A stretch of 64,000 nucleotides of DNA. Source: Hydrolagus colliei (lineage: Eukaryota). The notes below the pieces were generated by a model, which ran no database searches, was not told the DNA's origin, and was given only the letters and a program-made list of their open reading frames with translations. The position numbers were made by a program, and so were the translations under genes. Below are positions 1 to 12,275 of the stretch, one piece after another. Position 1 is the stretch's first letter; the number at the start of each line of letters is the position of its first letter. The DNA lies in the NCBI GenBank assembly GCA_035084275.1, contig CM068742.1, positions 54,312,001 to 54,376,000 on the forward strand, given 5' to 3'.

Positions 1-310
1 CTCCATGTCCCCCGCCCGACCTGCCCTACCATTGGCAGATAGGCTTTCAGCCTCTCTGCCCCCACACTCTGGAACTCCATCCCACAGTTTCTTCACCTCA
101 CTTCCTCCCTTGCTGCCTTCAAGGCCGGTCTCAAGAGCCTCCTCTATGATTGTGCTTTCTGCTGCTCTCCCAACTCTCCCTCTCCTCCTTACTCTCTCCT
201 TCCCATCCCCCTTCCCCTGCCCCTCCCCCTTGCTTAGGTCCCAACCTGACTATCCAGCACCTTGGGACATCCACCCAATGGGAAAGGCACTGTGTAAATG
301 TAATTTTTGT
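1..310 (+). mobile_element. L2-type LINE 3' fragment
   Basis: ctttcagcc..ctctggaactccatccc motif and tail cagcaccttgggacatcc...aaaggcact...taatttttgttg, shared with many copies in the window. Confidence 0.7.
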
Positions 311-984
311 TGTCATCGTTGGTTGCCGCGGTCACCCACAAGATACACAGTCACTTCACTTTGCAATATGTTTCATGAAGTTCTTTGAGATGCTCTCCCA
401 ATGTGAAAGGTTGTATATGAAACAAAATTATTATTATTATTGGACATCGTATGAAACTCTTAATTTAAATAGTGTCACAGGATCTTTAACATACACCAGA
501 ATAGGCAAATGGGATCTCAGTTTAACATCTAATTGGAAATATCTATTGATGTAAATTTGCTAGTTTTGGATTTTGTTCCAAGTATCAGTAGCCTACTGCA
601 TCATTTACTTGTGAACCAATCTTTATGCAAAGGCGAGAAGTGCCGAAGACAACTCAATTCAGCTGCTTGTAATATGTAGACTGAATTTGTGTTCTCAGTG
701 CAGTAATGCAGTGAAGTTCTGCTATTATCTATAATTTTCTGTATGAATGCTACATTGTCAGCAAACATCAAAATATTGTAAGCAAAATGCAGCCGATTTG
801 AAATGTCAAATGGTGTCATTAGTTGTGATTTTGAGTCTTTTTTATATAAGATATTGACTAATTTTCCATAAAAGAGCTTTTTCATGAATATCAATCACCC
901 TTTGAAACTCAACATAATCACTATTCTCCTTCATGGGTAAATGCAATATCCACTGTGGTAGTTGTGCTGAGCAAACTGGGAAAA

Positions 985-1190
985 TCCCAGGTTGGATCTG
1001 CAGTCTGTGCTGGGTTAATTGATCTGAGCTGGGGTGGCAATAAGCTCCTACACATATCCTCGGCACCTCTGGCCTAGGGATGAGAAAGTCAGTCGGCATT
1101 CCTGTTTGCTGTCCAGTGACTTGTGCTTGATGGTTCACACATCTGAGTGTTTGTTGACAATCCACCAGACTGAGCTGTGATGCCTCCTAG
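985..1190 (+). mobile_element. Old SINE-like interspersed repeat (related copies at ~31381-31475 on - and ~59170-59355 on +)
   Basis: cccaggttggatc..gggttaattgatctgagc aligns with the reverse complement of 31421-31475; the 59189 copy has a B-box GGTTCGAATCC. Confidence 0.5.
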
Positions 1191-1369
1191 CACTGTCAAG
1201 GCTTGCTCACTAGCCTCGCTTTATTTAAGAGACTTAGGAGGAAGGACCAAGGTGCATCAAGGCAGGATTCCACCAAGAATATGTAGGAGAGAAAGCAAGA
1301 TAATTAAGATATGGCAAATTTTGGTTTAATAGTCGATAGTTAGGAGGAGAAGGAAGGATGAGGGAGTCC

Positions 1370-2362
1370 GGACCTTATCATCACCGATAAAGCCATCTCA
1401 GATCACCATTTCATTTCCCTTAATTCCTCAATGCCTCTCCCCACCACCACCCAACCCACTTCCATCTCCTACCATCCCTGGAAAAAAAATCTCCCCTCAC
1501 TCCCTCTCCATTGGAGTTATTTGAACTCCTCCCCTCTGGCCTACCTTTCGTGCCGACTTATCTTCTTTGATCACTCTCCTCCTAATCTTCCTCTCCACCA
1601 TTCTCAATGCCCTTGCCCCACCACATTATGAACCACCTCCTACCACCCTGGTACACCAGCCATCTCTGCTCACTGAAAGGTCCAGTGCATACCACTAAAA
1701 GTACCTGGCTCAAATCCAATTTAATGATCCACCGACATATCTGGCTGGACCACAAAACAATTTGCTGCTCTACCCTCACCTCCTCCAAATCGTGCTTCTA
1801 TTCCAAGATAATATTGGAGACCAAGGACAACCCCAAGCTTCTCTTCTCCACTGCCAACTGACTTCTCCATCCACCCCAGCATGCCTCGCCTATCCTCTCC
1901 GAAAATTGACGGGATCCCTTCTGCCACCTCAGCCCTCCCAAATGCCACCCCTTTCCCATCTCTCCTTCACACTGTGGCCCCTACGCATGCCTCCCTCCAC
2001 ACCTTCAAACCTGTCTTCCCCTACTCTCCAACCACCAATATAACCTACATGAAGCCCACCACCTGCTCCCTTGACCCTATCACTACCCCTCTCGTTACCT
2101 CCCAAGTCATCTTCTCATACATGCCTTCATAACATCGAAGCTCGACCATGTTCCACTGGCTCACCATCTCTCAGAGGATCGAGTTCAAAATCCTTGTCTT
2201 CACCTTCAAGGCCCTCAATGGCCATGCCCCCTCCTACCATTCCTTCCCTGATCCTAATACTCCCTTCCCCAACCTCTCAGATCTGATTCCCTGTCTATTC
2301 AGCACCTTGGGATGACCTGCAGACATGAAAGGCATTTTACAAATGTAATATTGCATTGTATT
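1370..2362 (+). mobile_element. Degenerate, internally deleted L2-type LINE (ORF2 remnants and 3' tail)
   Basis: Remnant peptides PWYTSHL, DNPKLLFST, KPTTCSLDPI, HWLTISQRIEFKILVFTFKALNG, followed by the L2-like tail. Confidence 0.75.
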
Positions 2363-2635
2363 GAAGCCTTAGTGTCCAGAAAAGAATTAGAAGACCATCC
2401 AATAGGATATTGTTTCAGCAAACCAATGCATCAGTAGCCAGATTTTAATACCATGTTCTAAGCCCCGTGATCTTCCATTCGTTCCAGAGCTAGAAATTCA
2501 TACTTACTCCCTTAGATTCAATAGAAAATCACTGAAGGTGAAACCCTTCCAGGACTGAGGGCCATTTTTTAATTATGGTAGGACCATGATACTGCTTAAA
2601 AATGTTTGTAGAAAAATGTTAGCAAAGAAAGACAC

Positions 2636-2925
2636 AACAACAACAACAACAAATTACACTTTATAAAGCGCCTTTCACGTCGGGAGGATGTCCCAAGGCG
2701 CTGCACAGAAGGCGTGTGACCCGAGCTAGGAGGGGAGTGTACGGGAAGGGGTGAAACAAGTAGGGGAAGTCGAAGAATTCGGGGTGGAACAAAAGGCACG
2801 GTCGAAGAGGAAAGTCTTCAAACCGGCCTTGAAAGACGAAAGGGACAAAACGAGACGGAGGGATTGGGGGATGGAATTCCATAGGGTCGGAAGAGAAAAA
2901 CTGAAGGCCCGGCCTCCGATGGATC
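2636..2925 (-). mobile_element. L2-type LINE 3' fragment
   Basis: (caa)n tail plus gcgcctttcacgtcgggaggatgtcccaaggcgctg; relatively CpG-rich. Confidence 0.75.
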
Positions 2926-3891
2926 AGAGCAAAATGTTCTGGAATGCTTGAATTCCATTGACTGGTGTCTCTATTTCACTGGTAACCACTATCCAGCATC
3001 CATAGTGGTTTGAGTAAACTGAAACTTACAGAACTTGCTTTGTCCCTGGATGCTGTGCACAGAAGCTGCTACTTTCCTTGGTATTCTACATGCAGCTCTC
3101 CTGAGTATCCAAACACTTCTTATACAGAAAATCAGAGACTGATGCTTCAAATCACTTCCACTTAAAAGTTGGTGTCAAGCAGAATTTATATTTAGCAAGG
3201 AGAAATGATCAGTTAAAAGGTTTCTGAAAGGGCTGCTTTTTTGTGTTCCATTTTGTATCTGATGATAAATTTGAGTGCTTGGCAAAGTGAAATTTGCTTG
3301 TCCTCTGTGCTTTTACTTGTTTGATAGTGGTTACCAGAGACTGATATCGAGGAGAGAATAGTCCTGGTCCCGCCAAGGATGGTGGAATTAGCATGCAGCT
3401 GTGCTCCTCTGATAAATGGATTCTGTTAGGTCACCGAGGGGAACACTGTGACATTAAGTGATTTACAGTCCTTTTCCTTAATGAAATTGTTTCAGTGAGA
3501 TGATGCTGAAAGCTTTTAATGGATAGCTTTTCTTGATGTAATGAAATTGCATTCCGTCGGCATTTAATATAAGGCACGGTTATTATTTACTGGAGCTTTC
3601 CTGCACTTCTCTTGCTGCAAAGCTCTCGGGAAGGACAAACGTTTTCAGGTGTTCGGTGCAGACTTCAAAACAATTCTAAGGCCAGAGGTATTTTACAGTG
3701 GGAGAGTGTGTGCTTGTGTATCTGTTGGTAACAGAGAAACAGAGAGAGAGGGAGGGGGAGGGAGAGCACCTGTAAGAGCACTTCTGCAACCGCAGGCCTG
3801 GTTACAGAGTCAGGATAGATGGAAGCTATGGGGTACCTAACACTGCTAATGTTCTGCTTCTTTACGTTTATCCTGCTAATCTGTTTAACAG

Positions 3892-3963
3892 GCAACTGGA
3901 TTACAACCTAATCAGCTGCATTGAGGATGGAGCGTTCAGAGCTTTGCGAGACCTGGAAGTGCT
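3892..3963 (+). CDS. SLIT2: SLIT2 exon ~6 (72 nt), D1 LRR: [24 protein letters not shown]
   Basis: tttaacag|G...CT|gtaagt; translated by hand. Confidence 0.96.
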
Positions 3964-6412
3964 GTAAGTACTGCTTCAATCTGGCTGTGAAAGGCAGCCC
4001 TACAGACAGGGATAACGGACGTGTTAGTTTATCTAAAGTTTGCAGTGCTTTTGTGTTAGGCTGAGAGCTGGAAAAGATTTATGATACATTCAAGAACAAT
4101 TCCCATTCCACATTTCATGCTCTGCAAAAATCCCAGAGACTGAAGAGACGCCTCTGCTATATTTCTCACTTAACTGCCCATGCAGGGGTGAGTAGGCATG
4201 CACATTAGGTATTATTGAGGACAAAGTGATACTCGTGCTACCTGACAGAGATGGCAGGTCAAAGAAAAAGAATGGACTTTCATTTTTAGGCCACCTCATC
4301 GTATCAATTAATGACCCAAAATGCTTCACATTTATTGTTGTCCCATGTAGTGACATTGGTTTCAGATTTCAAAGTAAGACAAACGTGAGTCGCCCGCAGA
4401 CGTCTACTGTGGGTCAACTATACTTGTGATGAAGTATAGACTGAAGCTCAATGAGCTTATACCGAAAGCATTAGTTAGAGTCACTGCACAAAACTGAAGG
4501 GAGTTTATGAACAGTACTTAACAGCTGGCAATAGAAACTATAGGGAGTTGCCAGTTCAATAGAATCTGATGAAGAGAAAAGCTAAGGCTGGGAAAATCTT
4601 ACACATTCCTGTCATCTTTGACCTTGTGACTCAGTGGTTTACATTCTTTGGGTACTGGTAGGTATGTGAGGAAGCTAAGAGTAAGTTCCTCTTTTTGCAA
4701 GTATTTTAATCACCCAAATATTTGAAACAAAGGCTATCTCACTCCTCAATTAACAGGGTGGAAGTCTTGCCCAGAGTAGCTCCTTGGCTCCATTGATTTG
4801 CGAAAGGTTAAACCTTTTGGTTTCAGTAGCTGTCAAAGATCAAGTCAATTAATTCTAAACTCTTGATGTAGAAGAAGGAGCCTTGCAGGAAATGGCACAT
4901 ATTAACTCATGTTAAACTGCTCAAATAAAGGGTTTCCAAGCACCTGATTTACTGCACGCAGTTAAAATGTCTGCTTCTTCTGTTCTTTGGGGGAAGGATT
5001 GTGGTGCTTTTCTTTGCAGCTCTGGATTCGGGAGGTGGGGTGGTGGGGGGGAGGGATGTCTGGGTTTTTTTCTGCTCACTAGGCTGAATCTAGGGCAGTT
5101 CATACCGAATTCTCTTATTTATAAAAACAAAGCATTGATTTAAGTCCTTGGCTTGCTGTCCTTCAACATTACAGTTAAGATATCTCAACAGGCAACTATA
5201 GGTCTGCTGGAGCTTCACAGGATAAAAGGTCAAAGAAAATTGCATTCAGTTTCCAGCCCTCTAGTTCATAAAATGGCTGTAAAATGGAAACGCTGTGCAT
5301 GTCCTTGAGGAGGTTGGTCCCTCTGTGTAATCCAACTGAATGGTTGTAAATTGCAGTGACTGGTTAGAGAGAAGGAATCTTACTGAGCTCAGGCATCTCT
5401 GTATCAATTGCATTGTGATAACTGTCGGGATTCAGTGAGGTTCTTCTCCAAAAATGTATGTAAGCTTCTTGCAAGAATGTCAGAGGGAGAGGGAGAGAGA
5501 GAGAACAGCTGTCGATATGGTGGGCAGGGAGGTGACCTGGCCATCAGAGGTAGGTTGAATTTGTTCCGAAAGCAAAATTCTGCTGTTATTCTGACCCTAT
5601 TATTTTCAGCCGGTTCATCTTCCCAAGTGATTCAAAATGGAGTTGCTTGAAGACATGGTTATTTTACTGACCTGAATTTTAGATTCTTTCCTTTGCAACT
5701 TCATTTGGTACAAGCATCTGACAATATGGAGTTTGCCTTTTTCAGAAAGCACAGGAGCTAAACTGTTGCCCCTACCAGGTAATGAATAAACCAAGGTCAG
5801 GAACCTCCTTAAAGGCTGGCATCTTTAATGGTTACCACATTTCACCCAAGGGCATGCATAATGAACTTCATTTGAAAATAAAATTTAATAAAATGTCACT
5901 GATTTTTGTAGTACAGCTGAAGTTTGCTTGGTAACATACAGACTGTTATTATGTCACTGGAAACACTGAAAACAAAGTTGTCCAAGCCTTTATAATTTGC
6001 ATCTAAGTGTTGCCGTGCATTGTAATTTAATTGTTAAACAGAGCAGGCAGGCACTCAGTGAAGGCAAGCAAGTGCTATCAGCATTTCAAAGTGAGATAGT
6101 GCACAATTGCTGCTGGTGTTAGAAGGCTGCCCTGTCTGCCTTTTGAAAGCCCACATTTCCATTCTGCTATGAAGCATACAGTCATGAATAATGATCTTAT
6201 ATTAAATACTCAGTCTTTGTACAGAGCGAGAGTATTTAAAAACAGTTCGATCACAGTTCTTTGAACCTCCCATAAAATGAGAATACATTCCTTTCCCTCC
6301 ATCGCTAGTCATAGACAGCTTTATTGTCAACAAAGAAACCTCTAGAATAAACCCAATATCAGATAGACTTTGATAACCTTGTGAAATTTTAGCATCTCTT
6401 CTTGTTTTACAG

Positions 6413-6484
6413 CACCCTTAACAATAACAACATCTCCCGACTTTCAGTGGCGAGTTTCAACCATATGCCCAGGCTCAGAACCTT
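6413..6484 (+). CDS. SLIT2: SLIT2 exon ~7 (72 nt): [24 protein letters not shown]
   Basis: ttttacag|C...TT|gtaagt. Confidence 0.96.
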
Positions 6485-7906
6485 GTAAGTAAAAAAAAAT
6501 TTCAATGTATTTTTACTTATATGAACTGAACCACAGAGTAAAACAAAATGCTTCACAATAGAAACAACTAACAAAATTAGAAACTGTATCAGCATGTATA
6601 ATCTTTCTTTGGGTTTAAATCTTGTTGCAGCTGCTTCTTAGAGATTATCCTAAAGATATAAATTTTAGGGGTCAGAATCAATAGAATGGTCCGTACAAAA
6701 CACAATGAAAATATCTATTATCTAAGATGTTCACTCTTTATACTACCTTGATGCAAAATGCTAAGTATTAATATACTGCACTGATGTATGTTTGATCTCA
6801 GTTGCACTGGGATGCCTATATTGCAATGTACAGTACTTAATTAAAAGTAACTGTCTATCCAATCATCTCTCCATAGTGGAACATTAGCATGCTAGACTGC
6901 GGCCAATGCTTCAATACCCATTAGGGTGTATTTTGTTAGGATTGAATGCATTGACTAAAAGGATCTGATGAAATTACATTACATAGTCAAAGAAGCGTTA
7001 CGAGCAGGCAACTTGATTTATGGTTCTCGGCGTCCTTTATTTTACTTTGAGGAACAGGAAAGCCAGTCTAAAGTAATTTACCTAATTTAAGGGATACATT
7101 TATCTGATATTTTATTGATGGTGAGGTGCTCTTTGCTTGTTGGAAGGGAGCCATATTCCTATGAAGGTCCTGCCTGGAGAAGTAACTGACTTAATTCCCC
7201 TGCTCGCTGCCATTTGCGTCTTTTAATTCCACAGATTGCACTGAGCATGAGTCTCGAGGGAAAGGAATCTGTTAATCCTTTCTCTGTGATTAAACAAAAA
7301 AAAGGAGGAACTCAGAAAAGGATATGAAAGGAGTACTTTATATTGAATTATCATTCTATCTTGTTTAGAAGAAAAGAAATGTCATTTGCTAAAAGGATTT
7401 TGGAAGCAGTTTCTATAGAGGCTAATAATGACAAGACTTATTGGTATTTATAATTGGGAGCCAAAGCTTCTATTAGCATTATTTTTTTCTTGCTGACAGT
7501 ATGTTACCACTGAGATGCAATTTACTTTTCTTGTCTTTTGTTAGACTTAAGCTTCCGAATTCCATAATTGGTTTTTTGGCTCTCACATGTTTGCTGAGCC
7601 TGTAATACAGTCAAGGGGAAACGCTCTGAATTGATTTTGTGACGGCTGAGCCAACTTTTATTAATTAATTAATCTCCAGCTAAAAGGCTGCTGTCAGAGG
7701 AGTGTTGCTAAAAAAAATCTCGCAACTATTGGAAATGGTCCTGTCAAGGAGCTTTAAATTTACAGATGAGCTTAAGGGATTGATACCTCATTTGTTCTCC
7801 TTATTACACTAACCTCGGGTCTCTGAAATTGTGCTGCTTGCTCTCCTTTGCTCATTTCAATGTATTGACTTTATTCCTTCTTCTTTTTCGTCGTCTTCTT
7901 CTTCAG

Positions 7907-8070
7907 CCGGCTCCATTCAAATAATCTGTACTGCGATTGCCACTTGGCCTGGCTCTCTGATTGGCTGCGGCAGCGTCCGCGGGTTGGGCTGTACACACAG
8001 TGCATCGGACCGGGACACCTGAGAGGTCATAACGTTGCCGAGGTGCAAAAGAGGGAGTTCATTTGCTCTG
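7907..8070 (+). CDS. SLIT2: SLIT2 exon ~8 (164 nt), D1 LRRCT: [54 protein letters not shown]
   Basis: cttcttcag|C...TCTG|gtaaga; overlaps ORF 7944..8153. Confidence 0.97.
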
Positions 8071-8973
8071 GTAAGAGTGAGAAAGAACTGTTACAACTAA
8101 GAGAAATCAGTTGCCTGAGGCACTCTTGTGCCGTGCTAACCTGGTTCTTTTAGAAACTGTAAACAGCCACTTTTATAATATTTTCATTTAAGTCTGTACG
8201 GGATAGGTATGAGGCAGAGGCACACAGCAGCGTTTATAGAAAGAATCACTGAGGATTGGGGTTTGTATTAACTGCACATCAGTGTTTAACCTGAGTTGAA
8301 TTTTTCAGTGTAGATTTGAAATGTATAAATGTACAACACTTATTTAATATGATCTCTCCGTTCTACATGCCTTTTTTAATTAATGCTTATTTTTGACTAT
8401 GATGCTGTATGATATCTGTTTTCTTAGAACATTTCTAAACTAACATCTTGCGTGACTGTCTAAGCTTACTCCCTCCTATTTTGATCTCAATAAAACTGTA
8501 GGATGAATGCTTTAATAGTTGCTGTGGTTTGTTCACCATTACTTCTCTTGGTGATCCCAGAGATATTGAACCGAACATCACAGCGTTACCTCTGTAACTA
8601 TAATTTTGTGTTGGTTCTAAGCTTGCTGTTTCTTTTGGTCTTCAAAGTGGACCCATACCGCTGATTCTATCACATCTCTGGAGAATACAACCACCTCCGT
8701 AAATTAAAATGTCTTGGTTTTTTATTTTAATTTTGCTAACAAATCAAAACATAACACTTTAGATTTGCAATTCCCCTCACAAGGTGGCCCTTCACGGCAT
8801 GCATAGAATGTGATTTTGCTGAGATTGTGCCTCGATCTTGCCAAAGTGTATATTTATTCAGGCATCGGATAGTGAAAGGCTGCTCCATGACCTGCTTGTT
8901 GGTAGTCCCGGTGTGCTTGCTTTTCATTACTGCGGTTGACTAGCAAATTGCTCTTAGACGTCTTTCCCCTCAG

Positions 8974-8979
8974 GTTTTG
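8974..8979 (+). other. Candidate 6-nt phase-1 microexon (adds GF)
   Basis: tctttcccctcag|GTTTTG|gtaagt; keeps frame between exons 8 and 9; sequence-only prediction. Confidence 0.45.
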
Positions 8980-9162
8980 GTAAGTATGAGGCGAGTCTTT
9001 GCGTTTATATTGCTTTACTTTTGTACTGCTTTTCTTACTGTCTAAGGAAACCTGTAACCGATTGCTTGGAATGTTAACTACACGCCTTTGCCTGCAGTCT
9101 GCGGAAGGTACTTGCATGGCACTAATCTCATTGTGTTTTCTTTTCTCTCTCCCGCTTTCCAG

Positions 9163-9174
9163 ATGAGGATGAAG
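9163..9174 (+). CDS. SLIT2: SLIT2 alternative 12-nt microexon (DEDE) with a GC donor
   Basis: actaat...ttttcttttctctctcccgctttccag|ATGAGGATGAAG|gcaagt; same position as the mammalian SLIT2 DEEE insert (recalled). Confidence 0.88.
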
Positions 9175-12130
9175 GCAAGTTTTATTTCTGTTTTGTATAC
9201 TGTACTTTGCATAAGATGTGTTGACAGGGCCACTCTTTATTATGCAGGAGTATCCAGCATTCTGTACAGATTGTAAAGCTTTTTAGAATATACCTGGATC
9301 ACATTGACACCCCTGTTTGTACAAACTGGCTTTGAACAATTGCATTTACTTTCCTTGTCGCTGTTTAACACCCTCATCCATCACCTTGTAGAAGGCATGG
9401 GGCTTCTGCCCTGTAGTTGATAATAGGTACTCCTCAGTGAATTGAGAGCAAGTATTTTAATTGAAGAATCATAAGGGCTAGCTAAAATTCTGGTTGATAT
9501 TTTATATCGAAGCATTATAATCACATTAAATGCAGGGAAATTTTGTATTTTGTATTAGAACGCAGTAATATAAAACATCAACCAGAATTGAAATATCTCA
9601 AAGCACTTTATAAGATCTACTGTAAAGTGCGTTGGTGCTGGATTCGTTGGAGAATGCAGTAGCCAACATGCGCTTGGCAATGTTGGATTTCCACATTACA
9701 GTTTTGCATCACCAAAGGTGCTACACGTAGCGCCGATAGGAATTTCAGCCCGCTGTTGGATGTCCCAGAGCATAAGAGCAAAGCTCTCAGGTTCAGCACA
9801 TGAACTGAAAGATTTGATCGTCTTTCTTCTCATTCACTGAGACTTGCCCGTTGTGCTTCCCAATATTTGAAAGGTTGTAAATTATCCTCACATTTATACA
9901 GACTCTTCTTGACCCCTTGCATTTCTGTGGACAGCTAAAAGCGCGCTTTGATCTAGGACCAATTTTAAAGATAACGTAGCTAAATGTTATAGTGTGATTC
10001 CAATTTGCTTGTTTTTTTTAAATATATATATTTTCTATTTGCATCAACTTTTCTCCTCTCCTCTTTTGAAAGTGTTTTGGCTTTTGCTTTCCTTCTCTTG
10101 GGTTGTGATTCCATAGGTGCCCAATCATATCTTGCCCAAATTTCCACTGAAACAATGATTGTTCAGCACCTTGGGACATCCTCCGGATTTGAAAGGCGCT
10201 ATACAAGTGTAATTTTGTTGTTGTTGTATTCATGTGTGAACCTTGACAGGGAGTGTTAGTATTACCGAAGATATCGCAGTCAAACCTGATCCTGACATTC
10301 ACATACATGCAATCACATACATGACATTCACATACATGTAGCATCTAGATCAGAAGAAGAATGAATGCCTGTCTGACTTTTCCCTCCCAAACTCAAGAAT
10401 GTCAAAGTCATTTGTAGCACCCTCAAATACTTTCTTATCTATGATCAGATCATTTAGTTTAGATGGGATTAGAACCTGGATTGTTTTAGTGCTTTACCGG
10501 GTGGTGTTTTTACTTATTAAACCATCCTTTGTGTGGGTTCATGTACAGTAGTTATTTTTGAGATGACATACAGAGAAATTTCATATTTTGCCCATATATC
10601 ATATTTTATATTGTTAATCACCCCATAATTTAGATCCACACTCCTCACACAGTCACACTGCAGGGAGAGAACAGACATGTCAATAATACTTGTCAGGGCA
10701 TTACTACAACTTGTCAGACACCAGTCATACTGGGATGTGCACACACTATTTTTATAGCTAGGTTCTATTTCTCTCAGAATACCATTTTCTGGACTTGACA
10801 GCAAGCTTTTGTCCCCGACAGACTGGGAAGACATGCTGTTATGGTTACTAGTCATGTGGATGAAACATACACACACAAAAAATGCTGCATCCATTTAACC
10901 GGAGTGAATTTTTAATTAGAATGAAGTAGTGTTCAAGAGAAAGTCATTCAATCCCCTTTGTCAATTCAGCCTGCTGGGTTTATGTGTGTGATACAGTATC
11001 ATCTGTTTAGTTGGATAATCTCAGGTGCTGATTCTAATGTTTTGTTCTATATGACCCACATTGCACACAGGAAATGTAGCTGTGTTAGTACTTGAACTCA
11101 TTTGTGTAAACGCCAGATTTAAAGTTCCAAGTACATCCCTTGAGGCTTTTACAACTCAGTATTAAACGCCGGGGATAAAGCAATCTCCTTCTTCCTCTTC
11201 CACCTAATTTCAATTTGAATAGAAGTCATCATTTTCTTCTGAAATGAAGCTTCCTCCTCTGGTTCGGCAATTGTAGGGGAGCCGTACAGACCATGGTGGC
11301 TCAGATTTGATTCCTGGACTGTGCTCAGTTAGCTCATCTTTGCTAGGGCAAATTGAAGGTGCTTCATTTGACTTCAGTTTCGCAGGGAAAATCATTCAGG
11401 GTTTATTCAGGGACCCTTTGCTGGAAATACATATGTGTAGGGATGGGACCAGATCAGACTTAGATGTTGTGATTCTCTCCTCCCCCACATTCAAATAACT
11501 TTCAACGACTCATATATGAACAATAGCAGCGCGGATAAATTTGGGGGCAGCCCGTTATAACATAATGGTATAGGTCCATTAGCGGTGAAATGGAGTGCTG
11601 ACAAATGACCGTCGGTTCATGAAACCATTGCTGACACCACATCCAGCCTGTGCACTATGCATTAGATATCACCTCCTTTGCAAAGTGCATTTTGCGCATA
11701 ATGTAAATGTGCAAGAAGTGGCAACCTAATAACCCAGACGGGCTGTATTTTTAACAAGGGAAGCCCCTTAAGTACTCCTGGGTCAACGGTGGACAGGCGT
11801 TATCAGTGTATTCATGTTTAACAAGGACAAAGTCTAATGGGGCCCCCTGTACCTGTGAATCATATTCCAGTGGAAAAGAAAATTAAAGTAGGAGGTGAGA
11901 AAAACAGAACCCAGATTTTATCTCGCTGTTATGGCTCTTGTCTGTTCACTGCGATTCAGCACTCGTTATATATTTATGGTTGTGAATTGATGCAATTCAC
12001 ATGAAAGGTAGGTTGCTTAGTAAACAGTTGCGTGAAAGTTATGCAATATCCAGTGTGAGCAAGGGAGCCAGATCCCTGAGAATCTCGAATGATCAAATGT
12101 ATAGCCTGTATTGTATTTCCCCTGCTGCAG

Positions 12131-12275
12131 GCCACCAGAGCTCTCTCACACAATCATGCAGCGTCCATTCGAAGTCTTGCCCTGCCGTCTGCACGTGCAG
12201 CAACAGTATTGTGGATTGTCGTGGCAAAGGCCTCACCGAGATACCCATCAATCTCCCGGAGACGATCACTGAAAT
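12131..12275 (+). CDS. SLIT2: SLIT2 exon ~9 (145 nt), D2 LRRNT: [49 protein letters not shown]
   Basis: ctgctgcag|GC...AT|gtaagc; overlaps ORF 12001..12279. Confidence 0.96.

Noticed and set aside
4366-4373. ttcag|ATTTCAAA|gtaaga mini-exon-like motif
   Set aside because: 8 nt would frameshift and the pyrimidine tract is poor; likely chance.
11548-11975. Possible MITE with weak inverted words (gagtgctga/tcagcactc, cgttata)
   Set aside because: Matches are too short and not colinear enough to define terminal inverted repeats by eye.
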